Shown: piece by piece, positions 1-8,051 of the stretch
How the letters are laid out: each line of letters begins with the position of its first letter
Position numbering within the stretch: the stretch's first letter is position 1
Source of the DNA: Opitutales bacterium
Lineage (GTDB): Bacteria > Verrucomicrobiota > Verrucomicrobiia > Opitutales > UBA953
Length of the DNA stretch: 14,280 bases
Direction: 5' to 3'
Assembly: GCA_040398005.1 (NCBI GenBank)
Contig: JBBAUX010000003.1
Location: forward strand, 1 to 14,280
The notes under the pieces: model-generated
Databases searched by the model: none
The model's input: the letters and a program-made list of their open reading frames with translations, nothing else
Told to the model about the DNA's origin: nothing
Made by a program: the position numbers and the translations under genes

Positions 1-38
1 CCCCGTGTCCCCGTGTCACCTTGCCCACGTGTCCCCTG
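1..38 (-). repeat. G-rich dispersed repeat of degenerate 8-mers, copy 1 (cut by window edge)
   Basis: Minus strand reads CAGGGGACACGTGGGCAAGGTGACACGGGGACACGGGG, 35/38 identical to 7918-7955. It starts 3 nt after the stop of the 42..1100 gene. Confidence 0.85.
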
Positions 39-41
39 AAC

Positions 42-1100
42 TCACGCTCCATCCTTAGGTTCGTTTTTCTTTTTAGGAAGGACGGAGCCGTCGGAATCAT
101 TTTCTTCAGCAGGAACAACCACAGGGGCGCTTTGAATCTTGAATGAATTAGTTTCAACTAACTTCAGTCGGTCGCGGAGCTTGGGTTTCATTTTAGCACG
201 GGCTTCATCCGTCGTCACATCGCCATCAAATAAAACTTTGCCGGAAGCATCTTTAATCACTGCATGCTTTTTACCATCACGCTCCTCAATAGCTACTGTG
301 CCATCACGATCCGAGGCGACACTGTTCGATGAAACAGATCCACCATTACCAAAGCTGAAGGAAAATGATTTTGATTTTGACTGCATCGCAGGTGCCTGAG
401 GCGCAGGAGTCGATTCCTTTTCAGGGGCGGCTTCGGGTTGAGGGGCTTGTGGCACAGCCATGCCACGCTGACGCATTTCATTAAATTGCTGAATGATTTC
501 AGGCGGAAAGCCCTGCATGGGATCCTGATTAAACTCAAAGGTCTGTCCGTTAATTGTAATTCCCATTCGGGGTGGTACGACCGCTTGAGGTGCAGCAGGA
601 GCTGCTTCATCGGCAGCTTTTGCTTCAACCTTTGGGGCACTCGACTTCTTTGCTTTAGGGGCAGCGGACACAGGTGGATTACGAGAACCTAATTTCAAAT
701 TCACGTTTACGACTTCATCTTCGCGCACGGCGACAATCTTTACGACATCACCCGGTTTATGCATACCAATCAACGCACGGAATTGTTCAGGGTTCACTAA
801 GACCTGATCATCCAGTCGAACTAAAATATCGTCCTCGGCTAACACGCCCATCGAAGGACCTTTAGGGTCTACGAACGCAACCATCACGCCCACACCAGGG
901 GGCACGTCTTGAGAGGTCACCCCACGGCGTGCGAGTTCGGTGACTTGTGCTGGACTAATACCTGCGTAAGCACCGGAAGCGGCGGGTTTTATTTTAGCGG
1001 CGGGTGCCTGGGGTGCGCTTTCATTTTCTTGGGCGACTAGTGGACCAACCATACCGGCGAGCATCAACATGTGTAATGGAATGTGGCGGAGAGAGTTCAT
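42..1100 (-). CDS. Secreted PDZ domain-containing protein (HtrA-type PDZ, no protease domain)
   Basis: 352-aa ORF with an N-terminal signal-peptide-like segment (MNSLRHIPLHMLMLAGMVGPLVA-Q). PDZ-like block AYAGI...GVMVAFVDPKGPS...LAEDDILVRLDD...KPGDVVKIVAVR, followed by Pro/Ala-rich linkers. No GNSGG trypsin motif. Confidence 0.8.
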   Translation of the reverse strand: MNSLRHIPLHMLMLAGMVGPLVAQENESAPQAPAAKIKPAASGAYAGISPAQVTELARRGVTSQDVPPGVGVMVAFVDPKGPSMGVLAEDDILVRLDDQVLVNPEQFRALIGMHKPGDVVKIVAVREDEVVNVNLKLGSRNPPVSAAPKAKKSSAPKVEAKAADEAAPAAPQAVVPPRMGITINGQTFEFNQDPMQGFPPEIIQQFNEMRQRGMAVPQAPQPEAAPEKESTPAPQAPAMQSKSKSFSFSFGNGGSVSSNSVASDRDGTVAIEERDGKKHAVIKDASGKVLFDGDVTTDEARAKMKPKLRDRLKLVETNSFKIQSAPVVVPAEENDSDGSVLPKKKNEPKDGA

Positions 1101-1137
1101 GGTTTAATAAATAAGCGTTGGTGAATAGAAATTTTGT

Positions 1138-1566
1138 TTAATAAGTTTCGACCGGGATGAGAGCCAATTGCTGAGCGGGACGGTAATCGATGAGTTGTGT
1201 ATTATTTTTAGCATCGGCCCAGTGCGTGGTATTATTCCAAAACAAGCGGACTGGACGGGCATAAGATCCATCGGATAATTCTACCGGCGAAAGTATATCG
1301 ATTGCGGCGGGCGATTGTTCTGCACTCACCAGTTGGTATTCGGGTGATAAAGAATTCGATTCGTTACGACTGAAAAGAAAAGCCCCGACGAGGCAGGCCG
1401 CGGTAGCCAAGGCTGAGGACATCCAAAGAATAATATTTTTCTTAGGAGCGGCTGGACGCAAGGGAGTCTGCAAAGCACGTGCGATACCTGCAGTCACTGC
1501 GGGACCGGGGGAGCGTGGGCGGAGTGCGCGGAGCGCGGATTCAATTTCGGTGTAGTCTTCAGACAT
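1138..1566 (-). CDS. Putative single-pass membrane anti-sigma factor
   Basis: Start reassigned to ATG 1566 (MSEDYTEIESALRALRP, 142 aa), which overlaps the sigma stop by 8 nt (ATGTCTGA). One hydrophobic segment (IILWMSSALATAACLVGAFLF) is followed by a short extracytoplasmic domain. Function is inferred from position and topology. Confidence 0.65.
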   Translation of the reverse strand: MSEDYTEIESALRALRPRSPGPAVTAGIARALQTPLRPAAPKKNIILWMSSALATAACLVGAFLFSRNESNSLSPEYQLVSAEQSPAAIDILSPVELSDGSYARPVRLFWNNTTHWADAKNNTQLIDYRPAQQLALIPVETY

Positions 1567-2062
1567 AAGTGCGGGCGGAGATAAGTTTGCGAAGGGCCTC
1601 CATGGCATAGCGCCACCGAGAGGCTGCGGTGTTTGGAGAAATGGATAATTGTTCACCAATCTCATCAAAAGTGAGATCGCCCCATATTTTTAGTACAACT
1701 ACTTCGCGTTGCTCGTCGGGGAGCTGCGGGAGTGAATGTGTGAGCGCTTGGAGGCGCGGGTCGACTTCGGGCTCAAACCAGGTCATCGTATCAGCATCGG
1801 CGTAGACTGTTTGTTCGCGGAGTGAGCGGCGGTCGGTGCTACGATATAAATCGAGCGCGGAGCGGCGGATGGAGGTGACGACGAGGGCGTTGGGATTTCC
1901 GGGAAGGTGGCGTTGATTTTTCCAGAATCTAATAAAGGCCTCCTGTAAGACATCGTCCGCATCGGCATCGGACCTCGTCCATTGACGGGCGATCAGGCGA
2001 AGGCGGGCACCGTTTTCGGCGAACCAGGCTTTCCAGTCTTGAGCTGAATGTGCGTCGGACAT
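1559..2062 (-). CDS. ECF subfamily RNA polymerase sigma-70 factor
   Basis: 167 aa. Region 2 motif DADDVLQEAFIRFW and region 4 motif LPDEQREVVVLKIWGDLTFDEIGEQLSISPNTAASRWRYA. Confidence 0.95.
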   Translation of the reverse strand: MSDAHSAQDWKAWFAENGARLRLIARQWTRSDADADDVLQEAFIRFWKNQRHLPGNPNALVVTSIRRSALDLYRSTDRRSLREQTVYADADTMTWFEPEVDPRLQALTHSLPQLPDEQREVVVLKIWGDLTFDEIGEQLSISPNTAASRWRYAMEALRKLISARTYV

Positions 2063-2183
2063 TGGGGGTTATTTAATAAGAAGCGGGGCTAAACAGGGAA
2101 TCTATCTAAAAAGTAACTTTATTGAAACAGACAAAAGGGTCAAAGCAGTTGCGGAACTCAAAAGTTTTAACATACATAAGCCC

Positions 2184-3164
2184 ATGTCGAATTTACCCCA
2201 AAATAAGGACAATGCAGGCTTGTTTAAGTCTTTAATTCGCTGGTTTGACTCCGATTATATCCCCGAGGGTGCTGAAAGCTTTCGGAGCACCCCCAAGCAG
2301 GTCGATTGGCCGAGAACCATCCCTTTCATTATTCTACACCTTGGCTGTCTCGGGGTGATCTGGGTCGGTATCAGTCCACTCGCCGTGTGGTTAGCCGTCG
2401 GACTCTATTTCTTTCGCATGTTCGCGATCACGGGATTTCTCCACCGCTATTTTTCACATAAAACTTATTCCACATCACGCGCCTTCCAATTTATTATGGC
2501 ACTGTGGTGTTCTCTCGCTGTGCAACGCGGCGCACTTTGGTGGGCGTACACTCATCGACATCACCACAAGCATTCCGACGAAGAAGATGACAAACACTCT
2601 CCGGTGGTCGATGGATTTTGGTGGGCCCATATTGGCTGGATCACCAGTAAGAAAAACTTCCCGACCGATTATTCGAAAATCACTGATCTCGCGAAATATC
2701 CAGAGCTCGTTTTCCTAAATCGTTTCGACACCTTAATTCCGATATTATTTGCGGGCTCACTTTATGGTCTGGGTGCCTATCTCGGAGCTCAAGGCGTCGA
2801 TACCTCAGGTGCACAACTACTCGTTTGGGCCTTCTTTATCTCTACCACGGTTTTATTTCACGGCACATCGTGTATTAACTCTCTGGCCCACGTCTGGGGA
2901 ACAAAAAGATTTAAGACGACCGATGACGAATCGCGTAATTCTTTTATCCTCACTTTAATTACGCTCGGTGAAGGCTGGCACAACAACCACCACCGCTATC
3001 AAGCCACCACCAAGCAGGGCTTTTATTGGTGGGAGTTTGATCCGACCTATTATGCATTAAAAATGCTTTCGTGGACCGGACTCATCTGGGGCCTCAAAGG
3101 GGTGCCCGAGTCCATTTACGAAGAAGCTGAAAAAACCAAAGCCGAAAGCCAGCAGCGTGCGTGA
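2184..3164 (+). CDS. Delta-9-type acyl-CoA/acyl-lipid fatty acid desaturase
   Basis: Three His boxes (HRYFSH, HRHHH, HNNHH), plus INSLAHVWG, GEGWHNNHH and multiple TM segments. Confidence 0.95.
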   Translation: MSNLPQNKDNAGLFKSLIRWFDSDYIPEGAESFRSTPKQVDWPRTIPFIILHLGCLGVIWVGISPLAVWLAVGLYFFRMFAITGFLHRYFSHKTYSTSRAFQFIMALWCSLAVQRGALWWAYTHRHHHKHSDEEDDKHSPVVDGFWWAHIGWITSKKNFPTDYSKITDLAKYPELVFLNRFDTLIPILFAGSLYGLGAYLGAQGVDTSGAQLLVWAFFISTTVLFHGTSCINSLAHVWGTKRFKTTDDESRNSFILTLITLGEGWHNNHHRYQATTKQGFYWWEFDPTYYALKMLSWTGLIWGLKGVPESIYEEAEKTKAESQQRA

Positions 3165-4434
3165 GCGGATAGCGATTATCGGCTCCGGAGTTAGTGGATT
3201 GGGCTGTTTGAGATTTCTGCATGGTAGTCACGATATTTCACTCTTCGATTCCGATTCTAGGCCTGGTGGACACGCGCATACGATCGACGTCAAAGACCCG
3301 GTGACCAGTAAGGATTTACCCATGGATACGGGCTTCATGGTTTTTAACGAAGTCACCTACCCTCATCTCTGCCGACTTTTTAAAGAGCTGAATGTAGCGT
3401 GGAAAAAAACACGCATGTCTTTTTCTGTACGCAATGACCTACTCGGACTCGAGTGGTGCGGTTCGTCACTGAATCATTTATTCGCCCAACGAAAAAATCT
3501 TTTGAGTCTACGTTTCTGGAAACTGCTTTTGCAGATTAATAAATTTAACAAATTGGCTCACCAAGCGTGGCAGACACCCGAAGCCGAAAACACTTCGCTG
3601 GGCGAGTGGTGTAAGCAAAACAAACTCGGGGATGATTTTTTACAGTGCTACTTAATTCCGATGAGTTCAGCCGTGTGGTCGACCCCGCCCGAAAAGATGC
3701 TGACTTTTCCCGCCGCCACCCTGATGCGGTTCTTTTATAATCACGGATTTTTGGGTCTAAATACGCAGCATCAATGGATTACCCCCGTGAACGGTTCACG
3801 CACCTACGTTCAAGCACTTCTCAAAAAATATTATGTGAAAAAATATTTAGGCGAAGCAGTGGTATCCGTGAAAAGACAGGCCCAAGGGGTCATCGTAACC
3901 ACGGCTAAAGGTGACTATGAATTTGATCGCGTCATCTTTGCGACGCATCCCGACCAAGCGCTTAGACTGTTAGAAGATGCCGACGGAACAGAAAAATCTT
4001 TATTAGGTGCGTTTCAGTATAATCAGAATCTCGCGATTGTTCATACTGATCCAAGCCCAATGCCTAAGACTAAGTTAGCGTGGTCGGCCTGGAACTATCA
4101 TAATTGGACATCGCAAGGTCAGCGTCGCAACTCCACGCACTACTGGATGAATGCGCTACAAGGAGTCAGCCCCAACGAGAATTTCTTTGTGACGATTAAT
4201 CATCCAGAGCAGATAGACCCTCAGAAGATTATTAAAAAAATCCCTACTGAACATCCGTTATTTTCCATGGAAGCGGTGGCGGCCCAAGGTCACATACAAT
4301 CGCTCAATGAAAAGCCTCAAGCGAAGATTCATTTCGTCGGAGCGTGGCAGCGTTATGGATTTCACGAGGACGGATTATGGTCAGCCCATCGCCTGTGCAG
4401 TTATCTGCTCGGACGTGATGCCTGGACGGTCTAA
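3157..4434 (+). CDS. FAD-dependent oxidoreductase, amine-oxidase-like (COG2907; UfaD-like)
   Basis: Rossmann motif IAIIGSGVSGL, then GGHAHT, DTGFMVFNEVTYP, FFYNHGFL, WSAWNY and GAWQRYGFHEDGL. GTG start overlaps the desaturase stop (GTGCGTGA). Confidence 0.9.
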   Translation: MRERIAIIGSGVSGLGCLRFLHGSHDISLFDSDSRPGGHAHTIDVKDPVTSKDLPMDTGFMVFNEVTYPHLCRLFKELNVAWKKTRMSFSVRNDLLGLEWCGSSLNHLFAQRKNLLSLRFWKLLLQINKFNKLAHQAWQTPEAENTSLGEWCKQNKLGDDFLQCYLIPMSSAVWSTPPEKMLTFPAATLMRFFYNHGFLGLNTQHQWITPVNGSRTYVQALLKKYYVKKYLGEAVVSVKRQAQGVIVTTAKGDYEFDRVIFATHPDQALRLLEDADGTEKSLLGAFQYNQNLAIVHTDPSPMPKTKLAWSAWNYHNWTSQGQRRNSTHYWMNALQGVSPNENFFVTINHPEQIDPQKIIKKIPTEHPLFSMEAVAAQGHIQSLNEKPQAKIHFVGAWQRYGFHEDGLWSAHRLCSYLLGRDAWTV

Positions 4435-5699
4435 ATTTTTACGTCAGGCACCTTGTGCTCAAAGCCCTGAGCGACAAAAAGTAAGGCCGGTTGCATCGCG
4501 ACGATTTGAGCCACGAAACGATCCGGAATGCGCTCGAGTCGGGTATTATAAAACGTCGTCACATCATTTGCGTAATTTCTCGCGAGAGCGATACGATCTT
4601 CCGTCTCCGTTAAATTCTTCATCAGCGCATTAAAACTCTCGTTGGCAATCAGTTCAGGATATTTTTCGATGATGGCTTTTAATCCGGGGACTAGAGCGGA
4701 AACCTGCGTAGTGCCCATGGACTGACAACGTAAGGTAGCGATTTCCGTTTGCACCTGTGCTTCATAATCACGCAGACCCTTTAAGCTCGCGATGAGGGGA
4801 GGAATTAAATCGGAACGTCGTTTTAACTGTACGTCGATGAGTGATTGCGCCTGCTGCACGCGATTGCGCAAGCCAATGAGACTATTGAAGACCATCCAGA
4901 GCCAACCCATGAACCAGGCGAAACTATAGATAGCTACACCCATGGCAGGGCCTTTGAGATCATTCGGGGTGAGTAATGCTCCGATGCCCAGTGCGGTAAC
5001 TAATCCTACCAAATTCCAAAGCACATAGGCCGTGGCCTTGCCGGAACTAATATCTTTTTCTTTGCGGTGAGTTATAATGAACATTTCCGCTTGCGGATCT
5101 TCTACGATTTGTGGCGCTACAATGTCGGGCCGCTCACTTGCTCGCCCACGCACAAATAATTCTGTGCCCACGGGAAGGCCCGATTCATAAAATCGGCGGC
5201 GTCCGGTGGAATCCATAATACTATCATCAGGTCCCATGGAATACAGCGACTCTCCGCGTTGTGTAGTTTCGTTAAAGAGTGTCAGCGTTTCGCAGTCTGC
5301 CCCTTTGGGGTGTACCCAGACATACCCAAATTCATCCTTAATATAAAATCCCTTATAGATACTATCGCTGGCAATGGTTGTCCAACCCCTGCGTAAAACC
5401 TGGCGCGTGCTCGTGCGACCCCTGCTGTCGGTATAAACTACCGTCTCCCAGCGTTGCCACTCCTCGTCGATACCCCAACTATAAACTACACAGTCTTGAT
5501 AACAAAATTTTGCACGGATGGGTGAAGTTGAAATACCCACGCCCTCTACTTCAACTTCGCCGATAAATATTCCGAGAGTCTTACTCGTAGGAGTATCATC
5601 CAGCAAACGCCTTCTTTTGCCGGACCGTAATCCTAAAAATAAAAAGAGCCCCGACAAAAAAGCCATGAAGACTAAGACTGCGGGGTCAACGGGTTGCAC
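4431..5699 (-). CDS. LemA family membrane protein with N-terminal GIDE/BAM-like domain
   Basis: C-terminal LemA motifs FNSLIGLRNRVQQAQSLIDVQLKRRSDLIP and YPELIANESF...ETEDRIALARNY.NDVTTFYN. The N-terminal TM is followed by RRRLLDDTPTSK...GEVEVEG and RRRFYESGLPVGTELFVRG, resembling bacterial GIDE-domain proteins. Two further TM segments lie between the domains. Confidence 0.85.
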   Translation of the reverse strand: MQPVDPAVLVFMAFLSGLFLFLGLRSGKRRRLLDDTPTSKTLGIFIGEVEVEGVGISTSPIRAKFCYQDCVVYSWGIDEEWQRWETVVYTDSRGRTSTRQVLRRGWTTIASDSIYKGFYIKDEFGYVWVHPKGADCETLTLFNETTQRGESLYSMGPDDSIMDSTGRRRFYESGLPVGTELFVRGRASERPDIVAPQIVEDPQAEMFIITHRKEKDISSGKATAYVLWNLVGLVTALGIGALLTPNDLKGPAMGVAIYSFAWFMGWLWMVFNSLIGLRNRVQQAQSLIDVQLKRRSDLIPPLIASLKGLRDYEAQVQTEIATLRCQSMGTTQVSALVPGLKAIIEKYPELIANESFNALMKNLTETEDRIALARNYANDVTTFYNTRLERIPDRFVAQIVAMQPALLFVAQGFEHKVPDVKI

Positions 5700-5782
5700 C
5701 CTGTCAGTGAAACTTCTAATAAAAAGATGGCAAGTGCGGGGTGTGGCTTGCTCTCTTATACATTATCAGCAGATTTATAATC

Positions 5783-6634
5783 ATGGTGAGACTCTACGAA
5801 GCCAAGGTCATGCATGCGCGCTTATGGCCCAAGAAAAATAGCTTCACCCATAGTGTATTTTGCTGTGCGATTGATTGTGCCGATTGGGATAAAATCGGTG
5901 AAAATACTTGGCTCATGGGTACCGGAAGGCGTGCGCTGTATCAATTTCGCGATCAGGACTTCTTACCGAAAGATATTATTTTTCAACCCGAGGGGAAAAG
6001 TCAGGCCTTCGGCGCAGACAGCGATCAGTTAGCCGACCGCGTAAAATCATTCTGTGCAGCCCAGGGTCAAATTTTACCACCCGATGCTCAAATCACTTTA
6101 GTCGCCATGCCGCGGGCTTTTGGTAAATCCTACAACCCGGTAATCTTTTTTCTGATTTCGTGGGATGGAGAACTACAGTGTGGAATAGCCGAAGTGAATA
6201 ATACCTTCGGCGAGAGAAAAGCGTGGTTCCTAGGCAAAGACTGCAAACAAAAGAATGCCAAAGGTGAAGCCGTTCTTAAATTGCGTACACCTAAGAAATT
6301 TTACGTATCTCCTTTTTCAGGTTTAGATACGGAGTTTGAATTTACACTCCAAACACCCGGTCAATCGCTGTGGCTCGGGGTTGATCATTATGAAGGCGGA
6401 CAAAAAACATTAGTCAGTGCATGGACGGGGCGCAGTGTGCCGCTGACGGATGGCCGACTCAGCTGGCTGACGATTAAAATGCCGTTCTTGATTTTTAAGG
6501 TAATCGCCTTGATCCATCTGCATGCGCTTAGCCTTTGGTTAATAAAACGGCTTTCCTTTAAGCGAAAAGCGGATGACATTCATTTACAGCGCAACCTGCG
6601 TCACCCCTCCCCCGAAATCAGTAATCAGAAATGA
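5783..6634 (+). CDS. DUF1365 family protein (COG3496; UfaO-like)
   Basis: Motifs LYEAKVMHARLWPKKNSF, MPRAFGKSYNPVIF, AEVNNTFGER, KKFYVSPF and IHLHALSLW. ATG 5783 is preferred over GTG 5741 because family similarity begins there. Confidence 0.9.
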   Translation: MVRLYEAKVMHARLWPKKNSFTHSVFCCAIDCADWDKIGENTWLMGTGRRALYQFRDQDFLPKDIIFQPEGKSQAFGADSDQLADRVKSFCAAQGQILPPDAQITLVAMPRAFGKSYNPVIFFLISWDGELQCGIAEVNNTFGERKAWFLGKDCKQKNAKGEAVLKLRTPKKFYVSPFSGLDTEFEFTLQTPGQSLWLGVDHYEGGQKTLVSAWTGRSVPLTDGRLSWLTIKMPFLIFKVIALIHLHALSLWLIKRLSFKRKADDIHLQRNLRHPSPEISNQK

Positions 6635-7881
6635 CCCAAGAAAATTTTATCACAGTGTCCGAGGCTATCAATCAAGGGGGGCTGATGCAGAAGCTCGTTT
6701 TACGCACACTCGCTAAACTAAAAAATGGTCAGCTCATTATTACTCTGCCTAAACAGAAATCATTTAAGATTGGTGAATCACTCAATCCTTCCTCAATAGC
6801 GCAAATTAATATTAAAGATGATATTTTCTTTAAGCGTATTGTTTTAGGTTCAGACATTGGCTTAACCGAAAGCTATATTGCAGGCGAATGGGATTCACCG
6901 AACCTAGCAGCGGTCATTGGGTTCTTTATCCAAAATATTGATAACACTCCAGGGATGTCTGGCTCCGCGGTAAAAAATATCGCTCTGGGCGCTTTCCGTC
7001 TGGCCGATCGCCTGGAGCATTTATTGCGTCCCAATTCGCTGAAAACGGTACGAAATAATATCGCCGCCCATTATGATGTTTCTAACGATTTCTTTAAATT
7101 ATTCTTAGACGAATCAATGATGTATTCATCGGCGCGCTGGGATGGTTGTAAAACTTTAGCTGAAGCACAGAATCAGAAAAATCGGGCGCTCTGCGAACAG
7201 CTGCAGCTTAAGTCCAGCGACCACGTCGTTGAAATCGGCACAGGCTGGGGCGGTTGGGCCATTCAAGCAGTGAAAAATTATGGCTGCCGAGTGACCACGC
7301 TTACTATTTCAAAAGCGCAATTTGATTTAGCCACGGAGCGAATCAAGGCAGCAGGCCTGAGTGACCGGATTGAAGTGCGGTTGGAAGATTTTCGAACTCA
7401 CCAAGGCTCGTATGATAAATGTGTTTCCATCGAGATGATGGAGGCGTTGGGCCATCAATACTTGCCTGAGTTTTGTGGAAGCGTGGGACGATTACTTAAA
7501 CAGAACGGCATAGCGGCGTTTCAGTATATTACTTGTCCGGATAGTCGCTACGAACAATTCCGTAAGGGTGTAGATTTTATCCAGAAACATATTTTCCCAG
7601 GATCGCTTTTACTTTCCATCAATCGCGTTAATCAACTCATGACTGAACGCGGCGGTTTTCAATTACATCGCCTGGAAGAATTCGGTTTGGACTACGCACG
7701 CACACTTGCAACTTGGTGTGAGGCGTTTGAACAGAATTTAGATAAAGTTCGGGGTATGGGTTTTGACGAATTCTTTATTCGCAAGTGGAGACTCTATTTC
7801 CGCTACTGCGAGGCCGCCTTTGCCCATCGAAATATCGGGGTAGTCCAAGCGGTGTATATTCGACCTAATTGGATTGGATAA
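6631..7881 (+). CDS. cfa: Cyclopropane-fatty-acyl-phospholipid synthase family SAM methyltransferase (Cfa/UfaM-like)
   Basis: Motifs NIAAHYDVSNDFFKLFLDESMMYSSA, SAM motif EIGTGWGG, SIEMMEALG, DFIQKHIFPG and YFRYCEAAF. ATGA overlap with DUF1365. Confidence 0.92.
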   Translation: MTQENFITVSEAINQGGLMQKLVLRTLAKLKNGQLIITLPKQKSFKIGESLNPSSIAQINIKDDIFFKRIVLGSDIGLTESYIAGEWDSPNLAAVIGFFIQNIDNTPGMSGSAVKNIALGAFRLADRLEHLLRPNSLKTVRNNIAAHYDVSNDFFKLFLDESMMYSSARWDGCKTLAEAQNQKNRALCEQLQLKSSDHVVEIGTGWGGWAIQAVKNYGCRVTTLTISKAQFDLATERIKAAGLSDRIEVRLEDFRTHQGSYDKCVSIEMMEALGHQYLPEFCGSVGRLLKQNGIAAFQYITCPDSRYEQFRKGVDFIQKHIFPGSLLLSINRVNQLMTERGGFQLHRLEEFGLDYARTLATWCEAFEQNLDKVRGMGFDEFFIRKWRLYFRYCEAAFAHRNIGVVQAVYIRPNWIG

Positions 7882-7917
7882 GGGACAAGGGGGATAAGCG
7901 ACGCGAGTGTAGCTCGC

Positions 7918-7955
7918 CAGGGGACATGTGGGCAAGGTGACAAGGGGACAAGGGG
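7918..7955 (+). repeat. G-rich dispersed repeat of degenerate 8-mers, copy 2
   Basis: CAGGGGACATGTGGGCAAGGTGACAAGGGGACAAGGGG, 35/38 identical to the reverse complement of 1-38. Further degenerate units lie at 7881-7898 and 7956-7968. Confidence 0.85.
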
Positions 7956-8000
7956 AGATACAAGGACACCCCTACGCATTACCTCAGCACACACCGTCAC

Positions 8001-8028
8001 TTGCATTCTTTTTATAAACATTTATAGT
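8001..8028 (+). promoter_or_regulatory. Putative sigma70-type promoter for DUF1475-DUF2062-DUF1295
   Basis: TTGCAT (8001-8006), 16-nt spacer, TATAGT (8023-8028), in AT-rich DNA 23 nt before ATG 8052. Confidence 0.55.
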
Positions 8029-8051
8029 AATTATACTTCACCAGCAAAAAT

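Noticed and set aside
1138..1566. Calling the anti-sigma candidate ChrR
   Set aside because: It has no zinc-binding HxxxCxxC motif or cupin domain, and it has a TM helix.
1567..1668. N-terminal extension of the 1138..1668 ORF
   Set aside because: It overlaps sigma region 4 by about 110 nt. ATG 1566 gives a typical coupled start and a sensible protein.
2153..2180. GGAACT as a sigmaE-type -35 for the desaturase
   Set aside because: No convincing ECF -10 at 16-17 nt spacing, and it overlaps the TTGCGG box that fits the window-wide pattern better.
5741..5782. GTG start for DUF1365 and a perfect TATAAT at 5776-5781
   Set aside because: The extension has no family similarity. TATAAT ends 1 nt before ATG 5783 and is 22 nt from TTGCTC, which is the wrong geometry for a promoter of this gene.
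7881..7968. G-rich repeat as a CRISPR array or IS end
   Set aside because: It consists of tandem 8-mers with no unique spacers, and there is no cas or transposase gene. The two copies are inverted around 39-7917, but each tracks a gene 3' end and the right copy lies inside the lipid cluster, so a composite element is unlikely.
7738..8021. Minus-strand ORFs 7738..7935 and 7803..8021
   Set aside because: They translate the G-rich repeat and the antisense end of cfa. Their Pro/Val/Cys bias derives from the repeat.
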